Part shown: one piece after another, positions 39,747-47,897 of the stretch | Layout of the letters: every line of letters starts with the position of its first letter | Position numbering within the stretch: position 1 is the first letter of the stretch | Assembly: GCA_964503955.1 (NCBI GenBank) | Contig: CAZDCG010000001.1 | Span: 173,804-237,803 of the forward strand | Direction: 5' to 3' | From: an uncultured Gammaproteobacteria bacterium | Lineage (GTDB): Bacteria > Patescibacteriota > Patescibacteriia > VMEV01 > CAYQCH01 | Length of the DNA: 64,000 bases | Position numbers and translations under genes: made by a program | Notes under the pieces: generated by a model | Databases searched by the model: none | What the model was told of the DNA's origin: nothing | What the model saw: only the letters and a program-made list of their open reading frames with translations

Positions 39747-40175
39747 TTACTCACCTGGATAAAACTCAATAATCCACTCAATACCGTACTTGTCCCTAAA
39801 CATACCGGCATAAGAACCCCAGGGACCTTCGCCCATTGGCCCTTCTACGCTTCCTCCGGCAGAAAGACCGTTAAATAACCTGTCCGCTTCTTCCTTGCTT
39901 TGAGCCGTAACTAAAATTTTGCTCCTGTTCTCTTGCTCATTCACCTTCCCCATAAATTCCGGCACATCATTTCCCGTCAATACGCTGCCCTCGCCAATCG
40001 TCAACGTAATAAGCATGATTTTGTTTTCTTCTCCTTCCGGAACGGTGAATTCAGGACTCGCAAGGTCTTTGAAACGCACGATTTTCCCAAATTCCCCGCC
40101 GAATACTGATTGATAAAACGTAAACGCCTCTTCAGCGTTGCCATTGAAGTTGATCCAAGGATTGATTGTGGCCAT
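39747..40175 (-). CDS. VOC/PhnB family protein
   Basis: PWINFNGNAEEAFTFYQSVFG, WGSYAGMFRDKYGIEW. Confidence 0.92.
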   Translation of the reverse strand: MATINPWINFNGNAEEAFTFYQSVFGGEFGKIVRFKDLASPEFTVPEGEENKIMLITLTIGEGSVLTGNDVPEFMGKVNEQENRSKILVTAQSKEEADRLFNGLSAGGSVEGPMGEGPWGSYAGMFRDKYGIEWIIEFYPGE

Positions 40176-40214
40176 AGGTGAGTTAGATAAAACTAGATTG
40201 ATTGTACATTCCGG

Positions 40215-40280
40215 AATCAAAAATCACCAGCTTTTGCCGGTGATTTTTGATTGGCTCCCTTTGTTGGACTCATTTAGAAC
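40215..40280 (-). repeat. Degenerate copy of the tRNA-Asn 3' end plus terminator (att-like scar)
   Basis: TTTTTGATTGGCTCC is identical to the tRNA 3' flank, and GGACTC follows at the same spacing as in the tRNA T-arm. A 14-bp perfect stem spans 40215-40252. Confidence 0.65.
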
Positions 40281-40297
40281 GGTTGATTGATATGCGA

Positions 40298-40570
40298 TTA
40301 AGAAACAGTTATCCTCAACTTCACGTTAAGGGCATCTGCCACCTTGTAAAGAAATTCTAAAGAGGGATTATACGATCCTGACTCAAACCGAGAAATAGCA
40401 GATTGTTTGGTGCCAATTTTTTTTGCTAAATCCGATTGAGAAATATTTTTCTCTAACCTTTTTTCTATCAACTCTTGAATAATCAAATACTCAGGTTCAA
40501 GCGCTTTGTAGCTCTTATTGACCTGCTTGTCTTTAAGCAATTCAGATTTTAGGGATTTATAGCTTTTCAT
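40298..40570 (-). CDS. XRE-HTH antitoxin (HigA-like)
   Basis: ISQSDLAKKIGTKQSAISRFESG..NPSL; lies downstream of the RelE-like gene. Confidence 0.88.
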   Translation of the reverse strand: MKSYKSLKSELLKDKQVNKSYKALEPEYLIIQELIEKRLEKNISQSDLAKKIGTKQSAISRFESGSYNPSLEFLYKVADALNVKLRITVS

Positions 40571-40593
40571 ATGGAATGAATATAACGTATATG

Positions 40594-40911
40594 TTATATA
40601 CTGTCAAGCGATGCTTTTCTTTCTTGTGCCAGCTTTAAGTGCTTTGCAGGTATCTTCTGACTCTTTTTCATAAAGCCATGCAAGATAATGGCTATTTTGC
40701 CAGATTGAAAAGTATAGATAAAGCGAACTTCTTGAACACCTCTAATTCGCAACTCATGCAATCCTTTTCCAATACTCTTTGAATGAGGCATTTTTAGATC
40801 TTCCCCAAATTGCTCAAGTAAATCAAAGGTACGCAAAACCTTGGCAATAGTTTGTTTCTCCAAACTCTTGATAAATTTTTCTATGTCTTCGTCATACAAC
40901 TTTATTTGCAT
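40594..40911 (-). CDS. RelE/HigB (Gp49-like) toxin
   Basis: MPHSKSI.KGLHELRI, ILHGFMKKSQKIP. Confidence 0.9.
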   Translation of the reverse strand: MQIKLYDEDIEKFIKSLEKQTIAKVLRTFDLLEQFGEDLKMPHSKSIGKGLHELRIRGVQEVRFIYTFQSGKIAIILHGFMKKSQKIPAKHLKLAQERKASLDSI

Positions 40912-40980
40912 AAAAAAACACGCCATTTCTTTTTAAAGAAGGGGCGTGGGCTGACATGTTGATTATAGCAGAAAAATATC

Positions 40981-41016
40981 AATCAAAAAACTGGTCAAAG
41001 GACCAGCTTTTTGATT
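40981..41016 (-). terminator. Terminator hairpin directly after the tRNA CCA
   Basis: AATCAAAAA..CTGGTC-AAAG-GACCAG..TTTTTGATT. Confidence 0.7.
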
Positions 41017-41090
41017 GGCTCCGAGGGTGGGACTCGAACCCACGACCAATTGGTTAACAGCCAACTGCTCTACCACTGAGCTACCTCGGA
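41016..41090 (-). tRNA. tRNA-Asn (GTT)
   Basis: TCCGAGGTAGCTCAGTGGTAGAGCAGTTGGCTGTTAACCAATTGGTCGTGGGTTCGAGTCCCACCCTCGGAGCCA: full cloverleaf with encoded CCA. Confidence 0.98.
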
Positions 41091-41326
41091 ATATTCTCGT
41101 CTAACCATTTTCTGCCTTGGCCAGACTTCAAGAAACGCTCTCTCTTTTCTGCTTCCCACCTGGTTTGAAAACCTTCACTGTGCATCAAGTTGAATGGGCC
41201 ATTCTGCCTCGTCCATTTATTTGATCCTGAATGATGATCTTTCAAGCGCTCAAGAGCGGTTTTTGAAGTATAACCAACGTAGCGTTTGTTATTTTTCAGA
41301 CTTCTCAGCACATAAACAAAAAACAT
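41081..41326 (-). CDS. Small stand-alone GIY-YIG nuclease (UPF0213/SLX1-like), ending inside tRNA-Asn
   Basis: VYVL..RYVG.T...RL..H.SG...EAEKRE..LKSG.GR. The last codons ATT CCG AGG TAG overlap tRNA nt 1-10. Confidence 0.93.
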   Translation of the reverse strand: MFFVYVLRSLKNNKRYVGYTSKTALERLKDHHSGSNKWTRQNGPFNLMHSEGFQTRWEAEKRERFLKSGQGRKWLDENIPR

Positions 41327-41360
41327 AAATTTATGGGCAGAGATTAATATTGTAAGGAGC

Positions 41361-41431
41361 TTGGTGAACAGCCCCAGCCATAGGCTGGTCCGCCTCTGGC
41401 GGAAACTGCTCTACCACTGAGCTACCTCGGA
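41361..41431 (-). pseudogene. tRNA-Asn 5'-half copy 2 with a 30-nt double-hairpin insertion
   Basis: TCCGAGGTAGCTCAGTGGTAGAGCAGTT[TCCGCCAGAGGCGGA CCAGCCTATGGCTGG]GGCTGTTCACCAA. Confidence 0.9.
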
Positions 41432-41676
41432 ATATATATTCTTCTTTTTAAGAACGCTCTCCCAAACCCAGTTTTAAAGTATTTCTCACGAGCCTGGGAA
41501 TCTCTCTTCGACAAACAAGCCTCGTAGTAAATTAACTTCACGGGCCTACGGTAATTTGTCGAGGAAACATTTCCACTCTCGTGTTCACTTATCCTTCTTT
41601 GCAAGTCAGATGCACTACCGATGTAAAACTTATCATCCGAGCAAAGAAGTACATATGTGTAATGAAACCCTTCCAT
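41422..41676 (-). CDS. Second small GIY-YIG nuclease, ending inside tRNA-half copy 2
   Basis: YTYVL..FYIG...DLQRR..EH.SG.V.ST..RRP.KLIYYEA..ARE.YFKTG.GR; ends ATT CCG AGG TAG. Confidence 0.93.
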   Translation of the reverse strand: MEGFHYTYVLLCSDDKFYIGSASDLQRRISEHESGNVSSTNYRRPVKLIYYEACLSKRDSQAREKYFKTGFGRAFLKRRIYIPR

Positions 41677-41677
41677 A

Positions 41678-41779
41678 AACTGCTCCCCGCCGCTCAGCTA
41701 TGCAGAGCTGGCGGGCCCGCCTGCACTGAACGTAGCATAGCGCAGTGATGTGCGGCGGGTACCACTGAGCTACCTCGGA
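41678..41779 (-). pseudogene. tRNA-Asn 5'-half copy 3 with tandem 44-nt and 30-nt palindromic insertions
   Basis: TCCGAGGTAGCTCAGTGGTA[41716-41759][41686-41715]GAGCAGTT, followed by T-ATG of the nuclease. Confidence 0.88.
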
Positions 41780-41835
41780 ATACAATTGACATTTGACTGT
41801 TGACCTTTGACTTGAAAGATCAACATTCTTTGGAT

Positions 41836-41958
41836 CAACTGCTCTACCACTGCCCGCCCGCCGGCTCCTAACGAGCGCTAGCGAGGATAAGCGGTGGGAG
41901 CTACCCCTGCCCGCCAGCACTGAACGAAGCATAGCGTAGTGATGTGCGGCGGGTCGGA
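41836..41958 (-). pseudogene. tRNA-Asn 5'-half copy 4 with two separate palindromic insertions
   Basis: TCCGA[41906-41953]GGTAGCT[41853-41898]CAGTGGTAGAGCAGTTG. Confidence 0.85.
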
Positions 41959-42000
41959 ATAAGAAGAAAATGACCAGGAGAGCCGGCCATTTCCATGAAT

Positions 42001-42029
42001 ATCCTAACAGAATGAGACAAAAGAAGCAA
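42001..42029 (-). promoter_or_regulatory. Candidate promoter for the whole tRNA-half/GIY-YIG/tRNA array
   Basis: TTGCTT-17-(TG)TAGGAT about 45 nt upstream of copy 4. Confidence 0.5.
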
Positions 42030-42044
42030 GCTTGTTCCCTTCTC

Positions 42045-42491
42045 TTACGAAGCCTGCTTCTTCTCGGAAACCGCGATCATCCATTGCACGCCAAATTTAT
42101 CTGTAAACGACCCAAAATAGTCTCCCCAGAACATGTCCTGCATAGGCATTTCTACCTTGCCCCCTTCCGAGAGGGCCGCAAATAAACGGTCGGCTTCTTC
42201 CTTCTCATCAAGATTAAGGCTGATATAGACATTATTGCCCTGATTCAGCGTAAACCCCATGGATTCGGGAGCGTCTGTTCCCATGAGCAGCACACCGCCA
42301 TAGAGCGGAAGCGCGACATGCATCACAAGGTTTTTATCTTCCTCGGCAAGCGGCGGCATTCCTTCTTGCTGAGGGACGCTTCCCATGCGGGCAATGCCGC
42401 CGACGAATTCTGTTCCAAAAACCGATTTGTAGAAGGTAAAAGCTTCTTCGGTATTGCGTGAGAAATTAAGATAGATATTGGTTTGTGCCAT
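42045..42491 (-). CDS. VOC/PhnB family protein
   Basis: YLNF..NTEEAFTFYKSVFG, MFWGDYFGSFTDKFGVQW. Confidence 0.93.
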   Translation of the reverse strand: MAQTNIYLNFSRNTEEAFTFYKSVFGTEFVGGIARMGSVPQQEGMPPLAEEDKNLVMHVALPLYGGVLLMGTDAPESMGFTLNQGNNVYISLNLDEKEEADRLFAALSEGGKVEMPMQDMFWGDYFGSFTDKFGVQWMIAVSEKKQAS

Positions 42492-42522
42492 ATGACGATG
42501 TTAAGGTTAGCCGACTAGTGAC

Positions 42523-43008
42523 TTAAGCAGAGAGCAATTCTTCCAGCTGGTTAAGCCCCATGGAGAACCCTTCTTCAAAGCCCATTTCAATAATCTGCTT
42601 CATAGACTCCAGAGATGCGAATACCAGCTTGACCATGATCTTGGTTTGTCCGTCCTGCTCGCTGAACTGAATGTTCCAGTCCGTGGCCGGCATATCGGGA
42701 TTGAGATTCCCCTCTTCATCACAGAAAGCGTCTTTAGCGGTGAAACCATGTTCCGGATCAATCGTGAGATAATCAATCAAACTCCAGGATTTTGTTCCGT
42801 CCGGACCTTCCATGTAATACAGCCAGCGCCCGCCTTCCGAAAAATCAAAAGACTTGGTAACAGCTTTCCATGGTTTCGGCGCCCACCACGGTTCAAGCAA
42901 TTCCCGCGTAGTCCAGGCCTGCCACACCTTGGCGCGCGGAGCGGAAAACATGCGCTCAATGGTGATCGTCTTATTTGCTTCGTCTTTTGTCACGATTGGT
43001 TGTTGCAT
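42523..43008 (-). CDS. SRPBCC/AHSA1 domain protein
   Basis: IERMFSAPRAKVWQAWT..LL..WWAP, DF.EGG.W.YYM.GP. Confidence 0.92.
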   Translation of the reverse strand: MQQPIVTKDEANKTITIERMFSAPRAKVWQAWTTRELLEPWWAPKPWKAVTKSFDFSEGGRWLYYMEGPDGTKSWSLIDYLTIDPEHGFTAKDAFCDEEGNLNPDMPATDWNIQFSEQDGQTKIMVKLVFASLESMKQIIEMGFEEGFSMGLNQLEELLSA

Positions 43009-43330
43009 AGTCACTTGTTAATAATTGATCTAGCGAGGCGAAGCGCGCCTGCCAGAGAGCTTCATAACGCTGAAGATGCTTATTCGCGATCCTGACCGTT
43101 TCCGGAACAAGGCTGACGATTTGCTGTTTGCCCTCACGGCGCTTCTTCACAAGCCTTGCCTGCTCCAAAACATGCACCTGTTTGGCGATGGCCGCAAATG
43201 TCACATCATGCGGCTTGGCTAATTGGCTGATCGTCTGCTCTTTTTTTGCCACGCGGCGCAGAATATCCCGCCTTGTGGGGTCCGCAAGGGCCTGAAAAAT
43301 GCGATCAAGCTGAACATGATATTCAACCAT
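42971..43330 (-). CDS. ArsR/SmtB family regulator
   Basis: LDRIFQALADPTRRDIL. Near-palindrome TTCAACCATATGGTTTAA (43322-43339) overlaps its start codon and is a likely operator. Confidence 0.92.
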   Translation of the reverse strand: MVEYHVQLDRIFQALADPTRRDILRRVAKKEQTISQLAKPHDVTFAAIAKQVHVLEQARLVKKRREGKQQIVSLVPETVRIANKHLQRYEALWQARFASLDQLLTSDYATTNRDKRRSK

Positions 43331-43434
43331 ATGGTTTAATGTATCAGCTGCCCAATTTCATGTCAAACACCTGCAATTTGAGCATTTTCAAATTATTGGG
43401 AGTATAATGGAGAAGAAACCATTAATGTTATCGT

Positions 43435-43779
43435 ATGAAGATCAGAATAAAACGCGCATATGATTCCCCCGCCAAGAACGACGGCTATCGCGTTCTTGTG
43501 GACCGCCTCTGGCCAAGAGGCGTCAAGAAACAGGACGCGCGCATTGATCTATGGGCCAAGGAATTGACTCCCTCAAATGAACTGCGCAAATGGTTTCACG
43601 CCGACCAGGAGAAGCGGTTTCAGGAATTTAAAAAAATATTCCGCAAAGAATTAAGCCGGCAAAAGCCATACGTGAAAGAACACCTCTCCAAAAAGAAATC
43701 CGTTACGCTGGTAACCGCGGTCAAAGATATTGAGCATTCGCATATTCCGGTGCTGCTGGCTTTTTTGAAAAAGCAGTAG
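43435..43779 (+). CDS. DUF488 (YeaO-like) protein
   Basis: IKRAYD...DGYRVLVDRLWPRG, PSNELRKWF. Confidence 0.93.
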   Translation: MKIRIKRAYDSPAKNDGYRVLVDRLWPRGVKKQDARIDLWAKELTPSNELRKWFHADQEKRFQEFKKIFRKELSRQKPYVKEHLSKKKSVTLVTAVKDIEHSHIPVLLAFLKKQ

Positions 43780-43895
43780 ACAGCATCAACCCGCAGCGCG
43801 CCTCAGGCGCGCTTTTTCTTATCCACAATTGTTTTTTGAAAAAGCATGTTATTATTAAACAGTTATTTAACTAATTAACAATAATCCAACAACCT

Positions 43896-44534
43896 ATGCC
43901 TCATAAAAAAGTCGCCCTATGGCTGATGACCGCCCTTCTCCTCGGCGGCGTAGCCGGATATTGCGCAAACGGACTTAAAGACACAGAAAACCCTCTTTCA
44001 AGCAAGAGCGTTGAACTCTACAGCACCATGCGCAAGCTCTGGGCGGATCATGTGATCTGGACGCGCGAGTACATTGTGAGCGCCATCGACAATGCGGACG
44101 ACACGAATTTCGCAGCGGAACGCTTGATGAGAAACCAGGAAGATATCGGAGCGGCGATTGTTCCCTTTTACGGCGAAGAAGCCGGAGCTGAATTAACGCG
44201 TCTTCTTAAAGAACATATTTCCATTGCCGTGGAATTGATTGACGCGGCCAAAACAAACAACCAGGCGGGCTATCATGAAGCTGATCATCGATGGACCCAA
44301 AACGCGCAAGATATCGCTGTCTTCTTAAGCAAGGCAAATCCTCATTGGCCTGAGCAGGCTTTGGTGGAAACAATGAATATGCATTTAAAGACCACCACGG
44401 ATGAAGCGGTTGCAAGGCTCAATAAAGATTACGTCAAAGATATTGAAGCCTTCGACATGGTTTTTCACCACATCATGGAAATGTCCGACCAGATTGCCGC
44501 AGGAGTGATCAAGCAATTTCCGGAAAAATTCTGA
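43896..44534 (+). CDS. Secreted helical conserved hypothetical protein (His-containing bundle)
   Basis: Signal anchor; MRKLWADHVIWTR, L..NQEDIG, LLKEHI, ANPHW, QFPEKF. Confidence 0.8.
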   Translation: MPHKKVALWLMTALLLGGVAGYCANGLKDTENPLSSKSVELYSTMRKLWADHVIWTREYIVSAIDNADDTNFAAERLMRNQEDIGAAIVPFYGEEAGAELTRLLKEHISIAVELIDAAKTNNQAGYHEADHRWTQNAQDIAVFLSKANPHWPEQALVETMNMHLKTTTDEAVARLNKDYVKDIEAFDMVFHHIMEMSDQIAAGVIKQFPEKF

Positions 44535-44601
44535 TTATTGTTGAGTTTGCGGCAAAAATCAGTATACTCATGTCATACGTTTTCCATTAACCCCCGCCGC
44601 A

Positions 44602-44913
44602 ATGCTGTCTGATCAGGAAATCGCAAAAGTGAAAAAATACCTGAACGGAAAAGATCAGAATCTCGCTGAAACCTTCAAACTCTTAAGCGACCCTAATCGC
44701 TGCAAGATGTTTCGCGCGCTCGCAAAGCATAAGCAGATTTCAGTCAGCGACGCGGCAAACATCCTCGACATCTCTCTCCCGCTGGCTTCCCAGCACCTCA
44801 AAATTCTCTACCAGGGAGATCTCCTGGCAAAAAAGAAAGAAGGGCAATCCGTCTATTACAGTCTTAACGAACATAACCCGTTCGTAGATTCCATTCTGCG
44901 AGCGATCAATTGA
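44602..44913 (+). CDS. ArsR family regulator
   Basis: FKLLSDPNR, SQHLKIL, KEGQSVYYSL. Confidence 0.9.
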   Translation: MLSDQEIAKVKKYLNGKDQNLAETFKLLSDPNRCKMFRALAKHKQISVSDAANILDISLPLASQHLKILYQGDLLAKKKEGQSVYYSLNEHNPFVDSILRAIN

Positions 44914-44914
44914 T

Positions 44915-45625
44915 ATGCGAACGAAATTCATCACAGGAGAAGAAATCGCCAATAGCACCATGGCCTTCTCTTTTGAAAAGCCCGAAGGCTTTTCGCACCG
45001 AGCAGGCCAATCCATTGATATAACCTTGATCAATCCGCCTGAAACCGACCAGGAAGGCAATACCAGAGCTTTTTCCCTTGTCTCTACCCCGGAAGAAAAC
45101 AACCTGGTCATCGCAACGCGCATGCGCGACACCGCGTTCAAGCGCGTGCTTAAAACCATGCAACCCGGCACTGAAGTGGAAATCACCGAAGCATTAGGTT
45201 CATTTACCCTGCACAACGATACTTCCAAACCAGCTGTTTTTCTCACCGGAGGCATTGGTATTACGCCGGTCCGCTCAATCATCAAAGACGCAACCAACCG
45301 CAATCTCCCGCATGAACTCTTCTTGTTCTACTCCAACAAACGGCCGCAAGACGCAGCTTTCCTTGCTGAGCTGGAAGAACTAGCAGACAAAAACCCCAAA
45401 TTTACCCTCATCCCTACCATGACCGACCTGCCGGAGGATGACGCTGATTGGACGGGCGAACGCGGCTATATCACGGCGGAAATGATTAAACAGTATTTCA
45501 CTGGCAAAGATGCCGTTTGGTATCTCACCGGACCGGCCGGCATGGTCAAGGCCATGCGCGAAGTCTTAGGGCAATTACAGGCCGACGAAGACTTCATCAG
45601 AACCGAAGAGTTCGCCGGGTACTGA
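44915..45625 (+). CDS. Ferredoxin-NADP reductase-like FAD/NAD-binding oxidoreductase
   Basis: RAFSLVS, GGIGITP, GPAGMV, EEFAGY. Confidence 0.92.
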   Translation: MRTKFITGEEIANSTMAFSFEKPEGFSHRAGQSIDITLINPPETDQEGNTRAFSLVSTPEENNLVIATRMRDTAFKRVLKTMQPGTEVEITEALGSFTLHNDTSKPAVFLTGGIGITPVRSIIKDATNRNLPHELFLFYSNKRPQDAAFLAELEELADKNPKFTLIPTMTDLPEDDADWTGERGYITAEMIKQYFTGKDAVWYLTGPAGMVKAMREVLGQLQADEDFIRTEEFAGY

Positions 45626-45875
45626 TGTCCCTCGTCAAAAGAACATGCAAAAAGCAAGGGAAACCTTGCTTTTTTGCTGCCTGAGCATGCATCTTGGTAT
45701 GATTCTTACGCATCTTAAAGCTCCTGGGATGCATCGCATCGCGGCAGACAGAAAGCTCCTGCCGGGAACACCCAAAGCTTTCTGGCGTATTTGCGATCAT
45801 CACACGAACAGTTATCCATTCCATGATTAAACGGACAGCAAGGACCTGCCTCGAACGAAAAAACGCATAAGTACT

Positions 45876-46610
45876 ATGCCAGAGAAATTTTCACCATTTG
45901 CCCATCATCTCAAATCGGCGAATAAAGATTCAAAAGAAACCAGTGTCAAAGAGTTTCAAGCTCCCGCCGAGAAAAAACCTCGCCTCTCCGTTGTCAAAGA
46001 AATCATCTTTAACGATGCGACACCCCCTCCATCAAACTTTAAGCGTTCGCATGAACTCTTGATCGCTGGCGGATTGCAGAGATTTCTTCCCCAAACAGAA
46101 TTTGTGATTGGCCAAACAGAAAGCGGTCAAAAAGCGCTGTTTATCGCTCAGGAAAAAATTGAGGGGCAAACCCTGGAAGAGAACCCGAAACTAACCGAGA
46201 ATCAGAAAAAGGAGCTCCAGCGTTTATACGCCCTCTCTTTAAAAATGCTTTTAGCAACAATCGGATCAGAAAAGACCGTTGATTTCACGATCTCTACCGA
46301 TTTCTATGAAAAAGGATATACCAAGCCTCACAAGGAAGACGGTTTAATGCCCGAAATCTTCAAAGAATCTAATATCCTCGTGGGCAAAAAAGCCACCGAC
46401 AAGGTTGCGCACGTCTATCTCGTTGATAACCATTCATTGATATCGTTCAGGCAGGATGAAATGCGAGAGAATTCCTACGGTCTGTCTTTGCTCAAAGACT
46501 TTGTACGGCATAGATCAAGCGGACTTTACAAAGAAAACAGCAAGAACCAGCTTCATCGGTTGTATCTTGACATACAGAAGAAACTCCGTAACCATGAACC
46601 GACAGAATAG
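45876..46610 (+). CDS. Hypothetical protein, possible degenerate kinase-like fold
   Basis: 244-aa ORF with VVKE, IAQEKIEG, NILV and VYLVD in kinase-like order. Confidence 0.65.
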   Translation: MPEKFSPFAHHLKSANKDSKETSVKEFQAPAEKKPRLSVVKEIIFNDATPPPSNFKRSHELLIAGGLQRFLPQTEFVIGQTESGQKALFIAQEKIEGQTLEENPKLTENQKKELQRLYALSLKMLLATIGSEKTVDFTISTDFYEKGYTKPHKEDGLMPEIFKESNILVGKKATDKVAHVYLVDNHSLISFRQDEMRENSYGLSLLKDFVRHRSSGLYKENSKNQLHRLYLDIQKKLRNHEPTE

Positions 46611-46618
46611 AGGGGGAA

Positions 46619-46939
46619 ATGACCGACGAAGAACGTCTCGTAAAGCTCGTTAAGAGAATCAACTCAGAATCGTACGGACCGGGGGATTTCCCTTCCGTCC
46701 AGCATCGTCTGGCCACCCTGTGGAAGGCATGCCTCGAACGAGAGGACTGGCCCATGGCCAAGGCTTTCGCCAATGCGTATCTGCGGGGTTTCCAAAAAGC
46801 GGGGTTTGACGTGAGCCAGCGTCTCCTCGAGGAAATCCTCGCCCTGCTGATCGAAAAGGCCCAGAACCCGGCTGACTACAACCTGCAGCCGGAAGGAGAA
46901 CTTCGCAAGGCTCTGAACGAGAGCCGGCACGCGGCCTGA
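46619..46939 (+). CDS. GC-rich hypothetical protein
   Basis: SD-like GAGGGGG before the ATG; G/C codon bias; GC hairpin at about 46960-46990. Confidence 0.65.
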   Translation: MTDEERLVKLVKRINSESYGPGDFPSVQHRLATLWKACLEREDWPMAKAFANAYLRGFQKAGFDVSQRLLEEILALLIEKAQNPADYNLQPEGELRKALNESRHAA

Positions 46940-47049
46940 CAAAGGCCATTCCGTGCACGAAGGCGCGCCAGCCATTGAGCGGCGCGCCTTTTCTATTTAG
47001 CCGCATCATTCACGATCCTGCTATACTATGCTCAATTAATCATTCCTCT

Positions 47050-47463
47050 ATGACAGACATCAATCTTTGGGCAATTCTCGCCGCTGCAATCGCATCCATG
47101 ATTATCGGTTCCATTTGGTACGGTCCGCTTTTTGGCAAACAATTCATGGTTGCCACTGGTATGGACAAATGGACTCCTGAGCGGCAGGAAGCGGAGAAAA
47201 AGAACATGGGTAAACTCTACGGCATTCAGTTTGCAGCGAACCTCTTAATGTTCTTTGTTCTTGCATGGCTGATGACAAATCTTGGTCAATTGTCTCTAAC
47301 GGGCGGGCTTACCGCCGGATTCTGGAGCTGGCTTGGTTTTGTGATGCCCGTTCAGCTCGCCAATCAGCTTTGGGGAGGAAAAATGACTTTGTTCTGGATT
47401 GGGACTGGCAATATGCTTCTTACCCTCCTCGCGGCAGGAGCCATCATCGGATCTTGGGCTTAG
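47050..47463 (+). CDS. DUF1761 membrane protein
   Basis: INLWAILAAAIASMIIGSIWYGPLFGK. Confidence 0.9.
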   Translation: MTDINLWAILAAAIASMIIGSIWYGPLFGKQFMVATGMDKWTPERQEAEKKNMGKLYGIQFAANLLMFFVLAWLMTNLGQLSLTGGLTAGFWSWLGFVMPVQLANQLWGGKMTLFWIGTGNMLLTLLAAGAIIGSWA

Positions 47464-47547
47464 TAGTAATAGCAATAGTATTAGTTATAGTGATAGGGAT
47501 GGGCTCTGCCTATCACTAGCTATTGCTTTACCTAATACGAAAACAGT

Positions 47548-47838
47548 ATGGCGCAAAAAGTCTGCAGCCGCGGGCATACCTTCAACCGAAGCAGCAGCTG
47601 TCCGGTCTGCCCCAAATGCTGGCCGGGGCAATACAAGGCGGCCGCAATGGACAGCGCTTTTGATAAGATCGGCGCACCGGCCCAACGCGCCCTTGCGCAG
47701 AACAAGATCCGCAAGCTTGAACAATTAGCGCGCCATACGGAAAGAGAAGTACTCTTGTGGCATGGAATCGGCCCGAAAGCAATTGGCTTGCTAAAAGCAG
47801 CTCTGAAACAGCGTGGCATCTCCTTTAAACGGGAATAA
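47548..47838 (+). CDS. Zn-ribbon plus RNAP-alpha-CTD-like HhH protein
   Basis: CSRGH...CPVCPKC; GAPAQRAL..I..LEQLA..TE.EVL..HGIGPKAI. Confidence 0.85.
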   Translation: MAQKVCSRGHTFNRSSSCPVCPKCWPGQYKAAAMDSAFDKIGAPAQRALAQNKIRKLEQLARHTEREVLLWHGIGPKAIGLLKAALKQRGISFKRE

Positions 47839-47897
47839 CCCTTGTCAAAAACAAAAAAACAGGTTATTCTGCGGGAAATTGATCAAACCCTACTCTT

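Noticed and set aside
41633-41932. 99-aa ORF across the tRNA halves
   Set aside because: It is a chance reading through palindromic insertions and tRNA fragments.
41016-41958. CRISPR array or tRNA-intron interpretation of the repeated tRNA sequence
   Set aside because: The repeats are tRNA 5' halves separated by whole genes, and there are no cas genes. The interrupted copies lack 3' halves, so splicing could not yield tRNAs, and no group I intron core is visible.
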